From Eledone cirrhosa (taxonomy: Eukaryota): a DNA stretch of 64,000 nt. The translations under genes and the position numbers were made by a program. This document shows, in pieces, positions 1 to 13,669 of this stretch. The stretch spans positions 91,140,001 through 91,204,000 of the forward strand of contig OZ024747.1 of the NCBI GenBank assembly GCA_964016885.1, written 5' to 3'. The first letter of the stretch is position 1. Each line of letters opens with the position of its first letter. Below the pieces are notes generated by a model. The model was not told the DNA's origin, made no database searches, and was given only the letters and a program-made list of their open reading frames with translations.

Positions 1-508
1 ACTGCAGTCGTGTACAGACTGATATAATGTCTACACTAAGTTTTCCACTTTAATTTATCAGCTGTTTCCCCAGTGGTACAGTGATTCAAATGAAAAAGAA
101 GAAAAATGAAAATAAAAACGGTCGTTAGTAACAAGTCGTTATCAGGTCAAGACAGCAAACTGTGTATTACTTTGATCGCTGCGTTTGCTAGTATTGCCTG
201 TGATTAAAGCTATGTCTTCAAAGAAATTGGAAGTGGCCCTCTAATTAATCAACCCGTTTATTTGGTCGTATGGCTTTCGAGGGAATACGTTGAAGGGGCT
301 ACTTTGATCTAGTATTTCCTAATTTGTTCATTATATGGAGTTATTAAAATAGCACCTTGGTAACACCTTCATTTAAGGGAATAATTCATAGTTATTGATA
401 AAGTAAAGAAAGTTTCTTATATGTATTGTACACATATATGCTTAGTAATTTATGGACACTGTGATGAGACTTTAAAACGTACAGCGAGATAATTTATACA
501 TAATATAA

Positions 509-702
509 GGGCGGTGGATTGGCAGTATCGGTAGAGCATCGGACACCATACTTCGTTCTGAGTTCAAATTCCACTGAGGTTAGCTTTGCCTTTCATCCTT
601 AAGGGGTCGATAAAATAATGTACCAGTAATGCACCGGCGTAGATTTAATCAACTTTCCCCTCCCCTTTAAAGTGCTGGCCTTGTGCCTAAAGTAGAAACA
701 AT
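509..702 (+). mobile_element. tRNA-derived SINE, family A
   Basis: A-box-like TGGCAGTATCGG, B-box-like GAGTTCAAAT, central CTTTGCCTTTCATCC..GGGGTCGATAAAATA..GTACCAG and 3' GGCCTTGTGCC..AGTAGAAAC. The same sequence recurs about 25 times in the window. Confidence 0.85.
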
Positions 703-1284
703 TATACGTAATATAATATAGAATTTTCCTGTAGAAAAGCAAAATACACTTATTAAATGCAAGTAGCGCCACATGACGATAACAGTGAAGCTAAAACCTA
801 AAGAAAAATAAATACTTATAAAGGATGTACAAGTATAATTTTAAAAATTAACTTTTACATTTAATTGGGGTCAAACCTTGAAAAATATGACAGATCTTCA
901 AATTTGCAGAAATATATACTCAAAATGTTCAAAAATCAATTAACAAGCAACATTTAGTTAACCAATGAAACATTTTCTATCAAATTTACTAAGATAAGGT
1001 TATTTAAACTCTAGACCATCAGGATTCGAAAATGTTGCAGTAGAGTGACTTAGATAACTTTAAGGGGCAACTCATTGATTGGAGGTAACATTTATGAACT
1101 TGAGAGGTGAACTAGAAAACATCGAAAGAGGTCACTTCGTGGCAGGAATAAAGCAAATAAACACAGAAGACCATACTTTGAAATCTAGAATTCAATCCCT
1201 GGAACGAGGCAATATTTACAGTGTTTCATCAACATACTGACACAAGTTATTATTTTCAGTAATAAAATAAGTCTGGTTTAATTA

Positions 1285-1497
1285 CGGTTTCTGATTTAGA
1301 CACAAGGCTAGCAATTTTGGGGGAGGAGGAAGTCGATTAAATCAACCCCAGTGCAATACTGGGGCTTTACTTTATCGACCCCTTAAGGATGCAAAGAAAA
1401 GTTAACCTCACCAGAATTTGAACTTAGTCACTGCAGTCGATTTAATCGACTTCCCTTCCCTTAGAATTGTTGACCTTGTGACTAAATCAGACACCAA
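1285..1497. mobile_element. Two SINE family A fragments in opposite orientation
   Basis: Minus-strand 3' part at about 1285-1427, followed by a plus-strand 3' part. Confidence 0.7.
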
Positions 1498-1784
1498 TAT
1501 AGTGAGATCAACTTATATGATATATTAGTTACCAAAAACTGCAACAGCTCTACTGTATCTCTTGCTGTCTTAGAAATATTACTAATCGGCCATCTTGGTA
1601 TAGTTAAATTTAAACTATGAATTCTCTTTCGTCTATGTCACTAGAACGATGGATATTTAATAGTAAACATAGGTTTTAAAATAGCAAGAAGGACAGTCAT
1701 ATTGATTTTTGTGACATATTGTTGTTTCTGAGAATGTGTATATATGAAGGGGTGTATATGTAGCGAAATGAGAAAGAGAAATAT

Positions 1785-2072
1785 ATATACATACGTGTAT
1801 ACATACATACGTGCATACATACATACGTACTTACATAATACATACATACATACATACATTCATACATGCGTACATACATACATGATTTATACATAATACA
1901 TACATACATATACATACATATTCATACATTTATACACAATACATACGTACGCACATACATACATAGATGCATACATACATACATACATACATACATACAT
2001 ACATACATACATACATACATACATACATACATACATACATACATACATACATACCTACATACATACATACAT
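1785..2072. repeat. (CATA)n microsatellite
   Basis: Read directly. Confidence 0.95.
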
Positions 2073-2251
2073 ACTGCCAACGTCATATCTAAACAAAACT
2101 AGCATTGATAGTATCAGTACTACCAGTATATAAGATAGTTCAATAAGTTCATTTGCTATGAGGAGTGGAAAATCAATCGTTTCCGACATTGTAAACCCTT
2201 CTGTTGCTTTTGTCATTTTTTGTTCATATAATATTTTATTATGCACAATGT

Positions 2252-2403
2252 TTGGGCAGTTGATTGGCAGTATCGGTAAAGCGTCGGACTCATGCCTTTG
2301 TCGCATAGAGTTACGGCTCTTTCCGTTCTGAGGTCAAATCCCGCCGTGGTAAAGATTTGCCTTTCATCCTTACGGGGGCGATAAAATAAAGTACCAATAA
2401 TAC
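2252..2403 (+). mobile_element. SINE family A, 3'-truncated
   Basis: Matches the family A head and core. Confidence 0.8.
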
Positions 2404-2437
2404 ACAACATTCTAATTATCATGCCTTTCAATATCTT

Positions 2438-3105
2438 TGTATTTTGGTATTTTTCTACTTCCTTTCCGGAAGTATTTTCATCAGAAATTATGACGACATC
2501 TAACAGTGTGTATTTTGGTATTTTTCTAATTCCTTTCTGGCTGTATTTTCATCAGAAATTATGACGACATCTATCAGTGTGTATTTTGGTATTTTTCTAC
2601 TTCCTTTCCGGCAGTATTTTCATCAGAAATTATGACGACATCTAACAGTTTGTATTTTGGTATTTTTCTACTTCCTTTCCGGAAGTATTTTCATCATAAA
2701 TTATGACGACATCTAACAGTTTGTATTTTGATATTTTTCTACTTCCTTTCCGGCTGTATTTTCATCAGAAATTATGACGACATCTATCAGTGTGTATTTT
2801 GCCGGCAGTATTTTCAACAGAAATTATGACGACATCTAACAGTTTGTATTTTGATATTTTTCTACTTCCTTTCCGGCTGTATTTTCATCAGAAATTATGA
2901 CGACATCTATCAGTGTGTATTTTGCCGGCAGTATTTTCAACAGAAATTATGACGACATTTACCAGTGTGTATTTTGGTATTTTTCTACTTCCTTTCCGGC
3001 AGTATTTTCATCAGAAATTATGACATCTACCAGTGTGCATTTTGGTACTATTCCACTTACCGGCAGTATTTCCGTTGGAGGTTATTGCGACATCTCTCAG
3101 TGTGT
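2438..3105 (-). repeat. 71-bp minisatellite (about 9 units) amplified from the endonuclease motif of a Dong/R4-type LINE
   Basis: Unit starts at 2438, 2509 and 2580 give a 71-bp period. The minus strand translates as TLIDVVIISDENTAGKEVEKYQN, matching the restriction-like endonuclease motif xLIDVxxPxDxNxxxKExEKxxKY. Confidence 0.8.
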
Positions 3106-3491
3106 ATGCGTTTTTGTTCCAGCTTTGGTTACTGTAGCTGGATGGTTTTTCTTTATCTCCTTGACAGTTTGGATAAGTATATCCAAATTATTGTGGACAT
3201 ATCGTTGCCCTGCGCCATGTTTGGTACATGTTTATACCTTTTCTTTTCCGTTTTGATATTGAAGTAAGTGTTGGCATTAGCCATTCGATACAATTGCCAA
3301 CATGATCATGTATATGCATATATTCAGACTTGTCAAGGAATAGGCAGTCAAAATTACTGTGGAGTATTAAGTAAGCGTTTCTGGACGCTGTTGGTAGTCT
3401 CCTGCATTTCTTTTCTGCATGTTTCCTTTCAATTCACTTAACTTCCAATTTTGAATATAACTGGGATGGCTAGTATATTTATGCTATTATT

Positions 3492-3674
3492 TTGGCAGTA
3501 TCGGTAGAGGGTCGGACGCCATGCTTTCCAGCATAGCGTTACACCTCTTTATAGTCTGAGTTCAAATCACGCCGAGGTTAACTTTGCCTTTCATCCTTAC
3601 GGGGTCGATAAAATAAAATACCAGTAATGCACTGGGATAATTGCTGGCCTTGTGCCAAAAGTAGAAACAATTAT
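3492..3674 (+). mobile_element. SINE family A
   Basis: Near-complete match to family A. Confidence 0.85.
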
Positions 3675-3689
3675 TTTATTCTAAATATT

Positions 3690-3943
3690 GGGCATGAGGT
3701 TAGAATGTCTCAGGTAAAAATCACTGGACATATTTTACGAACAAAACCAACCGACAGGAGACCCTGGGGTAGACCCCGAGCAAGATGGTTGGATAACATC
3801 CATGAGTTTGGCTGGTCTCGTTTGGCGATTCAGCCGGATCAGTTGGAAATGGTTGCTTCTGATATGACCCGCTGGAAAGAGCTTTTGAGAACTCTGCCCT
3901 CACGACTTTCCAAGGATTAAGTGGGAGAAGAAGAAGAAGAAGA
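3690..3943 (+). mobile_element. 3' end of an RTE-clade LINE
   Basis: RRPWGRPRARWLDNI...ASDMTRWK matches the RTE C-terminal RxxGRPxxRWxD motif; stop codon followed by an (AAG)n tail. Confidence 0.75.
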
Positions 3944-4924
3944 GTCCAGGTAAGTTTAACCATACTCGAATTTTCTTTCAATGTTATGTGTTATATTTTA
4001 AGTTTCCTATTATATTAGGTATTTGTATGAGTGAATGAAGTCTAATTTTCTGATTTCAACATCTGTGTCTAGTGTAATGTTCTCAGTTCCAATTACAAGT
4101 AATATGGCTCTTCTCATTGTAGCTTACACACATCTGTCTAATGCTAAACTCATAGCTGAATATATGAACAATTTTAGGCTTTCTAGTTTTCTGTTATCCC
4201 TTGTGAATATCATCCGTATGTAGGAGGTGGTTTGGAGTTAGTCCATAACATTTGCAACCCATAGTGATTTCATTCACTATGTATGTTGTTGATCACATTT
4301 TGAATTTATATTTGTGACAAGCATTCTTACGTTTGTGTAGTTTAAATTGGTAATATTTTATATATCAATACACTGGAGAAGTGCTCTGAAGTCTAACTGC
4401 CCTATATCGTCTGCAGAACGTTTAAGAACATAACAGCGACCAAATATTCCAAGGAAATTTATTTCAGAATCGATAAAGCCAATAATTTGTTTTGTGTATT
4501 CGGTGTAGAATTGGTGCACCGTATTCCTGTGTGACATATGAGGTGACAAAAAAGATTGGCTCCAGGAAGTGCAGCCGACCGTAAAACATTGCTTGTTATG
4601 GGACTTCCAGAGACCCCTGCTTTAACAAGGAAAATAGTCTATAAAAATCGCTTGTTGTATTAGCAGTGTCAATAATCACCTTTTGTCAGTTAAAATTAAG
4701 TATTGCTTCTGTCTTCGATGTTGATCATTCGAGGGCTTTCATAAAGCATTTTTACACATAAAGAGACTGCAGCGAAGTTCGAGATATTTTGGTTTCTCAA
4801 TATTTTTTGTTTTTTAGACAAATATAAATAGTCGCAAAAACAGTTACATTGCTATTTGGTTTGGTTTTTCCCGGAGGTGACGTACATGTGGCCTGTTTAA
4901 TGCTGCCTTTACTGCTTGAAATAC

Positions 4925-4925
<1 letters not shown>

Positions 4926-5023
<98 letters not shown>

Positions 5024-5155
5024 CACATATGTGTGTGTGTGTGTGTGTGGGGGGGGGGGTGTGTGTGTGTGTGTGTGTGTGTGTGTCTGTTTGTGTGTGT
5101 GTCTGTGTCTGTATATGTGTCTGTGTGTATGTATGTATATATATATTTATATATA
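4926..5155. repeat. (TA)n/(TG)n compound microsatellite
   Basis: Read directly. Confidence 0.95.
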
Positions 5156-5598
5156 TTGGATTTTTCTATAATGAAAAGTTAAAGATATGAGGAAAAAGTG
5201 CATATAACTGAACGGCATATAAACATTGAGCAAGCAAAACTACTTATAAAATTAGAAATTTATCAGAATTGAATGACAAATTAAGTTAGCAAGCGATCCC
5301 TCACTTCCACGTCAGTGCGTATAAATAAGTATTCCAAATTGAAAGTCGTTGGTAATCGATACCATAATTCTGGCCAGTTGACTTATTGTCACAAGGAGAA
5401 TAATTTCATGTGACTAAAGAAAAACTAAGTCTATTATATATTGATGAATCTTTCATTTTTAAACATGATGAATGAAATCAATGTAGAGGGGGGAACTACT
5501 TGGTTGTTTTATATGGAGTCTGTGAATAGAGAAGTCCTTCGCACTAATGCTAAGAATAGATTATTATAATTTCAATAAACTGACGCATTGGAATATAA

Positions 5599-5762
<164 letters not shown>

Positions 5763-6024
5763 GTATAAAAGCACATACATAAAATATACACAGCAATTTA
5801 TACACAGACAACCCACAGGTAGACAGGTACATATGCATACATGTATGTATGGTCCCTTAACTCCTGATTGAGTCGTAGGGGCGCCGTATTGACATATGGC
5901 GTTTCTTGGGTATTTTAAGCCTGTCGGAGCGCGTCCCACCCCAGGCCTGAATAAATCAGATTTCTTCCAGAGAAAGATAGAAAGTGACAGAGAGGAAATG
6001 AGAAAGAGATATAGAGGAAGAATT

Positions 6025-6180
6025 GACCCTAGTAGTAGACTGGTACTTGTTTATCGATCTCGAAAGGATGAAAGGCAAAGTTGACTTCGGCAGGATTTGA
6101 ACTGAGAGAGCAGAGAGCCGGAACGAATACTACAAGGAATTCTATCCGACGTTCTAACGACTCTGCCAATTTGCCGCCCA
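6025..6180 (-). mobile_element. SINE family A, diverged
   Basis: Reverse complement of the family A core and head. Confidence 0.7.
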
Positions 6181-6252
6181 TACATACATACATACACACA
6201 TAGATACATGCATACATACATACATAGATACATGTATACATACATACATAGA

Positions 6253-7435
6253 TGGTGGCTGCCAACTCGTTTTCGAGTACGGCCACTACTTTATATCCAT
6301 GTAGGAGAACCCCTACCGATGCGCTGAACAAGTGTGACTTTTTAGTCCAGCCAGCGACTTGAAAACTCAGGTACAAACACTACACTTGTGACCATTATTG
6401 ACACATAGTGCAGGGCCCATGGTACCATGTGACGACAAGTGCAGAGAGATCTCCAGATATAAAGCAATGCCTGTGCCGTGAAGCTTTTATAGTGAGCAAA
6501 GGCACTGCACAAAGCCAGTCCCACTCTCTTAACCAAGATGATATTTACCAAAAAGGAGAACAAGTCAACATCATTGGATACCATCAGGGTTGCATGTGTT
6601 ATATCAGAGTTTACCTTCTCCTAGAATTCTGCCCTAACAAAGGCTAAGGGGTCATCTCTCCCGGACATAGATACATGCATACATACATACATACATACAT
6701 ACATACATACATACATACATACATACATACATAGATACATACATACATACATACATACATACATACATACATACATACATAGATACATGCATACATACAT
6801 ACATACGTACATACACACATACATACATGCATACATACATACATACATGCATACATGGTGGCTGCCAACTCGTTTTCGAGTACGGCCACTACTTTATATC
6901 CATGTAGGAGAACCCCTACCGATGCACTGAACGAGTGTGACTCTCTAGTCCAGCCAGCGACTTAAACTCTGGTACAAACACTACACTTGTGACAATTATT
7001 GACACATAGTGCTGGGCCAATGGTACCATGTGACGACAAGTGCAGAGAGATCTCCAGATATAAAGCAATGCCTGTGCCGTGAAGCTTTTATAGTGAGCAA
7101 AGGCACTGCACAAAGCCAGTCCCACTCTCTTAACTAGGATGATATTTACCAAAAAGAAGAACAAGTCAACATCATTGGATACCATCAGGGTTGCAGGTGT
7201 TATATCAGAGTTTTCCTTCTCCTAGAATTCTGCCTTGACAAAGGCTAAGGGGTCATCCCTCCCGGTGATTTTGGATGGCCATTGACTCTTAAGAGCTCCT
7301 TTGCCCTTTGACAGGTTTTGTTTTTAGTCCTGCAGGATGTCCAAAGTCACCCTCCTCGCCAAGAAACCTTGGTGGGATTGCCAGTTTAGTCGCCAACGAC
7401 CCGACCATGAGACAGGTTGTACTGGGATACATGTT
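6253..7435 (-). mobile_element. Interspersed repeat resembling an RTE 5' UTR, with a 410-bp tandem duplication (6253-6664 and 6855-7265) separated by (CATA)n
   Basis: The two copies are near-identical. The minus strand has AAGGCAGAATTCTAGGAGAAGGAAAACTCTGA, similar to a motif I recall from RTE 5' regions. Confidence 0.55.
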
Positions 7436-7609
7436 ACATACATACATGCATACATACAAACGCACATACATACATACATACGCACATACACACATACATA
7501 CGTACGTACGTACACACATACATACATACGTACGTACATACATACATAATTACATATACACATACATACATACATAGGAAATTACAAGTACAATCTATTA
7601 ATGGAACAG

Positions 7610-8182
7610 TAAAAATATGTAAAACATTCCAAAAATGTTGCATCTAATAACTGCATATACATATGTACAGATACAAAGTATATACACATGCACACATACA
7701 ACTCAAAACATACACATCCACACATACAATAACATCCATATCTACACATGCATGCATGCAGACATACATACATAATCTACCTAGTTGATGTTGTTTAAAT
7801 TCCAATGAGAGAGCCTTGTGTCTATGTTAGAAACCGACTCTCTCTCTATTGGGAAAAAATGTGTGAAATTATAAAATCATAAGAACACACATACATACAT
7901 ACACACATACATACATAGAAACATAAATACATACATACACATATACATACATACATAAAATATGTAAAACATTCCAAAACTTTTGCATCTAATAACTGCA
8001 TATACACATGCACACATACAACTCAAAACATACACATCCACACATACAATAACATCCATATCTACACATGCATACATACATATCTACCTAGTTGATGTTG
8101 TGTACATTCCAATGAGAGAGGCTTGTGTCTATGTTAGAAACCGACTCTCTCTCTATTGGTAAAACTTTGTGAAATTATAAAA
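7610..8182. repeat. Tandem duplication of a unit of about 250 bp (7610-7876 and 7956-8181)
   Basis: AAAATATGTAAAACATTCC...TGTGAAATTATAAAA occurs twice. Confidence 0.8.
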
Positions 8183-8599
8183 CCAGAAAAACATACTTAC
8201 ATACATACATACATAAATACATACATACATACATACATAGGCGAGTTTAGTCGATGATTCACTTCACAGATCCTCGGAGATTCACTCGAAATAATCGGTC
8301 ATGTTATGTCAGACGCATGAAATATACTGCTAGGTTGATTCCTTCGGAACGGATCTCCAACTATATACAGACAAATAAACTCTACCATATATTTTATGAA
8401 CTGTATTTCGTTTTTGAAATTCTACACGTAAGCGTTTATATGAGGTGTTATTAAAAATGGCCGTACTGCACGTACTATGATTGTACTGTTCAACAGACAT
8501 GCGTGTTAGACTGTCTACTGAGTGAATTGACAAGTAAGCTTCTTACGTTTTACAGATGTTCAATTATAATTCGATATTCTGTAACCTTGTGTTAGAATG

Positions 8600-9130
8600 G
8601 CTCTACAATTTATGTGGTAGTTGAAGAATTCAAGCAACGCATCAAATTTTGCATAAAGCTCGGCAAATCTTCTACCGTTGTCCAACCCTCAAAACACTTC
8701 TTCAGACTTTTGGTGAGTTTAGCATAGCACACGATTTTAGGTGACACGTGCATTGATGAATTCAAGGAACGTGTCGGCATCAAATTCTGCAAAAATCTCG
8801 ACAAATCTTTTACCTAAACCCAACCCTCAAAACACTTCTTCGGACCTTTGGTGAGTTTAGCATAGCACACGTTTTAGCTGACTCGCGCGTTTCAATGCCG
8901 GTAGACTGTCGGTTTATGACGATGGGCGTTCTGTTTCAGCAATGACGAGTAAAAGACCAAAAGGCTACATAATGAGGGGTGGGGGGAATCATGAACCCAT
9001 CTTCACCAAATAGAAAATTAGATTTCTAACATGATTGGAGTCAGTTATAGTCTGCCAGGGGATTCCAACAAACAGCTTGGACATGCATCACGTTGCTGCG
9101 AAGTTTGACCTCCAGAAGTTCATCCACTTG
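8600..9130 (+). pseudogene. Mariner transposase relic (N-terminal HTH region) with an internal duplication of about 125 bp
   Basis: QRIKFCIKLGKS, FNAGRLSVYDDGRS and LDMHHVAAKF match mariner motifs EQRxxIKFxxKLGK, FxxGRxSxxDxxRSGRP and LxMxKxxAxWVP. Frameshifted. Confidence 0.8.
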
Positions 9131-9572
9131 ACTACATACCTATTAAAACCAAAGAGGAGATTTAACGTGAAGCTATCGCTAGTCACACGAGAAATAACAA
9201 CAACACATCTCGAATTAAATAAAACAATCAAATTCAATGACATTAACTAATATTAAACCGTTTATCCTCAACCAGTTTGTTAAGGCACTATCGAATCAGG
9301 AACTTTCTCTAAAATATTTTCAGATAAACCACTACTTGAAAAGTAGTGTTTACTCAGACAGGTTTTTCTCAATCACGTTTTCTCTTCTCATTGTCCTCAT
9401 TGATTTTAATTAGTTAGTGCTCAAGCGCAGAAATGTTATAAAGTTAGCTTACAAAATAGTGACCAATGGCAACATCTTTTTCCGTCTTTTAAGGGTTTTC
9501 ACCACATTTTATAAGTTATCTTTATTCTTTATAGTATTTCTGCGCTTGAGCACTTTCTTGATATATATATAT

Positions 9573-9761
9573 AGGAAAAAAGTCAGGACTCCGAAAGCTG
9601 AGCTCCGGCCGTTTCGACAGCTAGATCCGATCTAGTTGTCGAAACGACCGGAGCTCAGCCGTCTGGGTCCTGACTCTTTTCCTATTACCCACTCTACTAC
9701 CCTAAGTATCGAGTACTCTGGTGCGTTATGGTCCACCTGGTATCTTACCACACCTTCTTTG

Positions 9762-9764
<3 letters not shown>
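9573..9764 (+). mobile_element. (TA)n-embedded fold-back element, family H (HHR 3' half at 9641-9663)
   Basis: Shared body ...CCTATTACCCACTCTACTACCCTAAGTA..TCCTTCGTTA. The 5' part 9573-9625 is an inverted copy of 9632-9684. Confidence 0.75.
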
Positions 9765-9820
<56 letters not shown>

Positions 9821-11310
9821 CATATTTATCTATCTCTGTATATGTGTATGTGAGTGCACACATGTGTGTGTGTATGTGTGTATCTTTCATCGATGTCCCT
9901 TGTCACTTTTGGCATCAGAAATGCAATGAAGTAGTGAATTGGCTCAAACGACACCTCCAACTAACGACGTTATTGTTCACAAAATGCAATATATTATAAA
10001 TGAATGATTTGGTCGGCAATTTCCATTAGTGTTCAGCTGACCTGGTCAGCTACACAGACCAAAACTGATTGATCACTTTATATTTCTTATCTTTATGGGT
10101 TTTTTTTTTATAGTAGTAACAATGTATTTGAATATGTATGTATTAAGACTTGTTGCTGCATACAGTTAGTATATCTCGGTTCATATGTGTGTGTTATCAG
10201 AAAATATGTGAAATTTAAATGAATATTCGTTCTACAGAACAAGGAGATAATTAATTCCCATATGGTATTCGTTTAAAAACAGGTCTAGCCTAATCGACCA
10301 GATCTATGTTCAAAGGGGTTCCAGCAATACTCAAACCATCATTTTTAGTTATCAGGGTCCATTATATGCAGCTTAATTTGATATGTTAGGATAAGGAAAA
10401 ATGTCGTCATTAGTGGAAGTTATAAAGATGCTTGACAATAATATATTTTCATCTGTTATGTAATTTTAGAGTGGTCATCTGTAAAGGGTATTCAATGTGA
10501 GATTGACAAATAATTCCATGCAGTTTTAAAACGATTCATTTGTCCGTTGCGTATTAGTCCAGCACACCATTATTGGCTAACAAAAGAAACAGATTTTACT
10601 GTCATATACATGTGCGATGTATTTTGATTTACAGACTATGTGGAAACAGTTAAACAACTGAAACATTTGTTACTAAATAACATTGACAATAAATGTAATT
10701 ACTATAGTGTGAGATAATAAAGAACCACACGTCTGAGATAAACATATAGAATGATATATAGACTATCTTATGGAACTCTACATCACTTAAAACGTCAGTA
10801 AATAAAAAAAATATTTACAAAAGTCATGGCGTCTCAAATAAATATGCATAGCACTCTGATAGATAAGCATATTGGATTATTTATCAGAATATTTAATGAC
10901 TATATACATATCTTATACAATAGAATCTACAATATCATCTAAAATGAAAGTATTATTATAAGCAGCAAGCATCACATGAACAACAGTTAGTGACTTGTAA
11001 ATGAAGAGTGAAGTCACTAAAGTAAGTTGGTTCAACCACAAGTCATTATTTGATATATCTTCAACATCCCAAGGTATGATGTTTGCCTTCAAAATACAAT
11101 TAATAGCAGGTATGTTAGGCTTTGATTAGTGAAAGATATTGTGTCAACGATACATTTCTTTAACAAACAAAGAAAGCAAAAGAAAAACAATGGAAAGAGT
11201 GGAAAGCAAAGGTAAGATGAAAGGAGAGATTAAGATGAATGAGAGAGGAAAAAGGATGATTTATTCTCATATACTCACAGTTCCTGCTTTAAATTGCAGG
11301 AAAAGAAGGC

Positions 11311-11572
11311 ATCGCTCTCATTGATCGACAAGGTCCCAGACCTCATTCGCCTGTTGAGTGGGGTGCAACTCGTCAAATCGGACCAAGGAAACAATGTTTC
11401 CATTGGTTTTACCATTGCTTATGCTATCTGCTGGTCGTAACTCCTGACAGAGAGAGCAACGTGAAATAAAGGGTTTTGCTGAAGGACACAACGCATCCTC
11501 CGGTCCGAGAATTGAACTCACAACCTCACAATTGCGAATCCAACTCTCTAACCACTAAACCAAACGCCTTCA
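11311..11572 (-). mobile_element. tRNA-derived SINE, family B
   Basis: The minus strand has A box TGGTTTAGTGG, B box GAGTTCAATTC and TGTGTCCTTCAGCAAAACCCTTTATTTCACGTTGCTC. Confidence 0.75.
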
Positions 11573-11734
11573 AGACATAAACTGTAGTATCTAAAACCTG
11601 AACATTAAAGACCGAGGAACTTAGCAAAGCACAATACTATATCTTTGAAGACCAACAATCAATATATAAAGTTTTAGTTACATGTTTACAAGTAATCTCA
11701 GTAGCTCGAACTTTTCCTACACATTATATTATAT

Positions 11735-12022
11735 AATTGTTTCTACTTTTGGCACAAGGCCAGCAATTACCCAGTACATTACTGGTACTTTATTTTATCG
11801 ACCCCATAAGGATGAAAAGCAAAGTTAACCTCGGCGGGATTTGAACTCAAAACCGCAAAGAGACGTAACTCTGCTGGAAAGCATGGCGTCCGACCCTCTA
11901 CCGATACTGCCAATCCACCTCCCTTATATATATAATTGTTTCTACTTTTTTGGCACAAGGCCAGCAATTACCCAATGCATTACTGGTACTTTATTTTATC
12001 GACCCCGTAAGGATGAAAGGCA
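11735..12022 (-). mobile_element. SINE family A, a full copy plus a tandem partial copy
   Basis: 11735-11923 is complete; 11934-12022 is the 3' part. Confidence 0.85.
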
Positions 12023-12139
12023 ATGAGAGCCAACCATATTTGTATTTAGTATGCAGAACACTCGGCTGGGTAACTTTCATTCAGCCATATTGTTGCTATC
12101 TAAATTCAGCATCACTATATTTCTTTTATTTAATTGTAC

Positions 12140-12400
12140 AAGGGTGTTGGACTTACGATCATGATATCGTGGGTTCGATTCCCGGGCTGGTTTCTGTGTT
12201 GTGTTCTTGAGCAAAACACTTCATTTCACGTTGCTCCAGTATACTCAGCTGAAAAAGAGTACCTGCAATATCTGGGGGTTTACTCTGTGATGAACTGGTG
12301 TCATATTCAGTGGGGAGTCTTTTACTTTCAGTTGTTTCACGCCACGGAAACTGGGCTAACCACCGCCATCATGAACCTCTGGACTCGAGACAAACTTGGG
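12140..12400 (+). mobile_element. SINE family B
   Basis: B box GGTTCGATTCC, followed by TGTGTTCTTGAGCAAAACACTTCATTTCACGTTGCTCC. Confidence 0.75.
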
Positions 12401-12494
12401 ACTTTAGTCTTTAGACTGATTACTTCCATTCTTGCCGTCTAAAATACACACATACACACACACATACACACACACACACATACACACACACACA

Positions 12495-12579
<85 letters not shown>

Positions 12580-12608
12580 ACAAAAGATGGTTAAAGGAGT
12601 TCCATGTA

Positions 12609-12675
12609 TTTTATTATGCGCATTTCAAAAACAAATATCATCATGCAATAATATTTGTGTTTTCATCAAATAAAA
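12609..12675 (-). ncRNA. Type I hammerhead in pLTR, with a core C3->U change
   Basis: ttttat TTGATGA [stem II] GAAA tgcgca TA ataaaa. Confidence 0.7.
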
Positions 12676-13669
12676 CAGGAGGACATGATATGAAGGCTAA
12701 AAAACACTTGTGGATAGTTGAGTTTTAAATCAACATATGAGAAGTAGTTTTAGATTGATGTGTGATATTGGGAAAAATATTTTATTTAGAGGGGGTGGGG
12801 GTGGAAAGGATGAAAAAAAGGAGGAGATGAGAGTGAAGGTGGAGAGGGAGGAGTATAGTGAGGAAGGATGAGATAGGAGGAGAGATGGGTGATAGAGAGA
12901 GAGAGATAGTTTTTATAACTGAGAAAGATATATTGTTTTACATAGAGAGGTTGAAAGCCGTTGGAAGATAATGTATAAATTAAAAGTATTTGAAAATTAA
13001 CGAAGAGAAAAAGAGAAAAATATGTGCGAAGAAAGAGAAGGAGTTAATATGTATTGAGAATAATGAGTTAGACGATAGGGAGAAAAGATTAATGAATTGC
13101 GGATGAATATTCTAACGTCAAAAAAAATTGTATATGTTTACGAAGGATTTTTATAAGGTGATATAGAGTAAGAATGTGTTGTATTATGTAATAATTGATT
13201 CTATGTTAGGCAAGAGTGAGAAAAGGTACAGATTAGGGGTTAGATATTAGAAGAGAAGAAAAGGAAGTGATAAATATGGGTGATGTAGAAAGAGTAAAAC
13301 AGGTATTATAGAAATTTGAAAATTAACGAAGAGAAAAATAATGTAAAGTTAAGGTTTGTATATTGAAGGATTTGATAATATGTGCGAAGAAAAAGAAAAT
13401 GTTAATATGTATTGAGAATAATGAGTTAGATGATAGGGAGAAAAGAATAATGAATTGAGGATGAATAATCTAGCGTCAAAAAAAATGTATATGTTTACGA
13501 AGGATTTTACAAGGTGATATAGAGTAAGAGTAATGAGTAAACAAGTATTATAGAATGTATAATAACCTTTGAAATAAGGTAGAAAGATGGGTATATTTTT
13601 AAAAGAAGTGTATATATATGTGCCTTTGAGAAAAAGATTCTAAATTGATAAAGAATTGAATATTAGCTG

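Larger units (their letters stand above)
3105..4520 (-). pseudogene. Degenerate Dong/R4-clade (RLE) LINE ORF, interrupted by a SINE and an RTE tail
   Basis: Minus-strand YFNIKTEKKRYKHVP..IIW..IQTVKEIKKNHP..LRDVAITSNGN resembles WYEHxP..WD..IQTD..NRPD..LIDVAIPxDxN. Many stops and frameshifts. Confidence 0.6.

Noticed and set aside
130-1260. Possible decayed hAT (ZMYM1-like) transposase
   Set aside because: Only faint motifs such as FRG; not supportable without TBLASTN.
2438-3020. CTGATGA..GAAA..TA on the minus strand of every 71-bp unit, resembling a tandem HHR array
   Set aside because: Stems II and III cannot pair, and the bases are explained by codons S-D-E and G-K-E-V of the LINE endonuclease.
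7290-7435. HDV-like ribozyme (CCTCCTCGC) in the RTE-like 5' region
   Set aside because: I could not assemble the P1/P1.1/P2/P3 pseudoknot, and the motif is on the strand opposite the inferred element.
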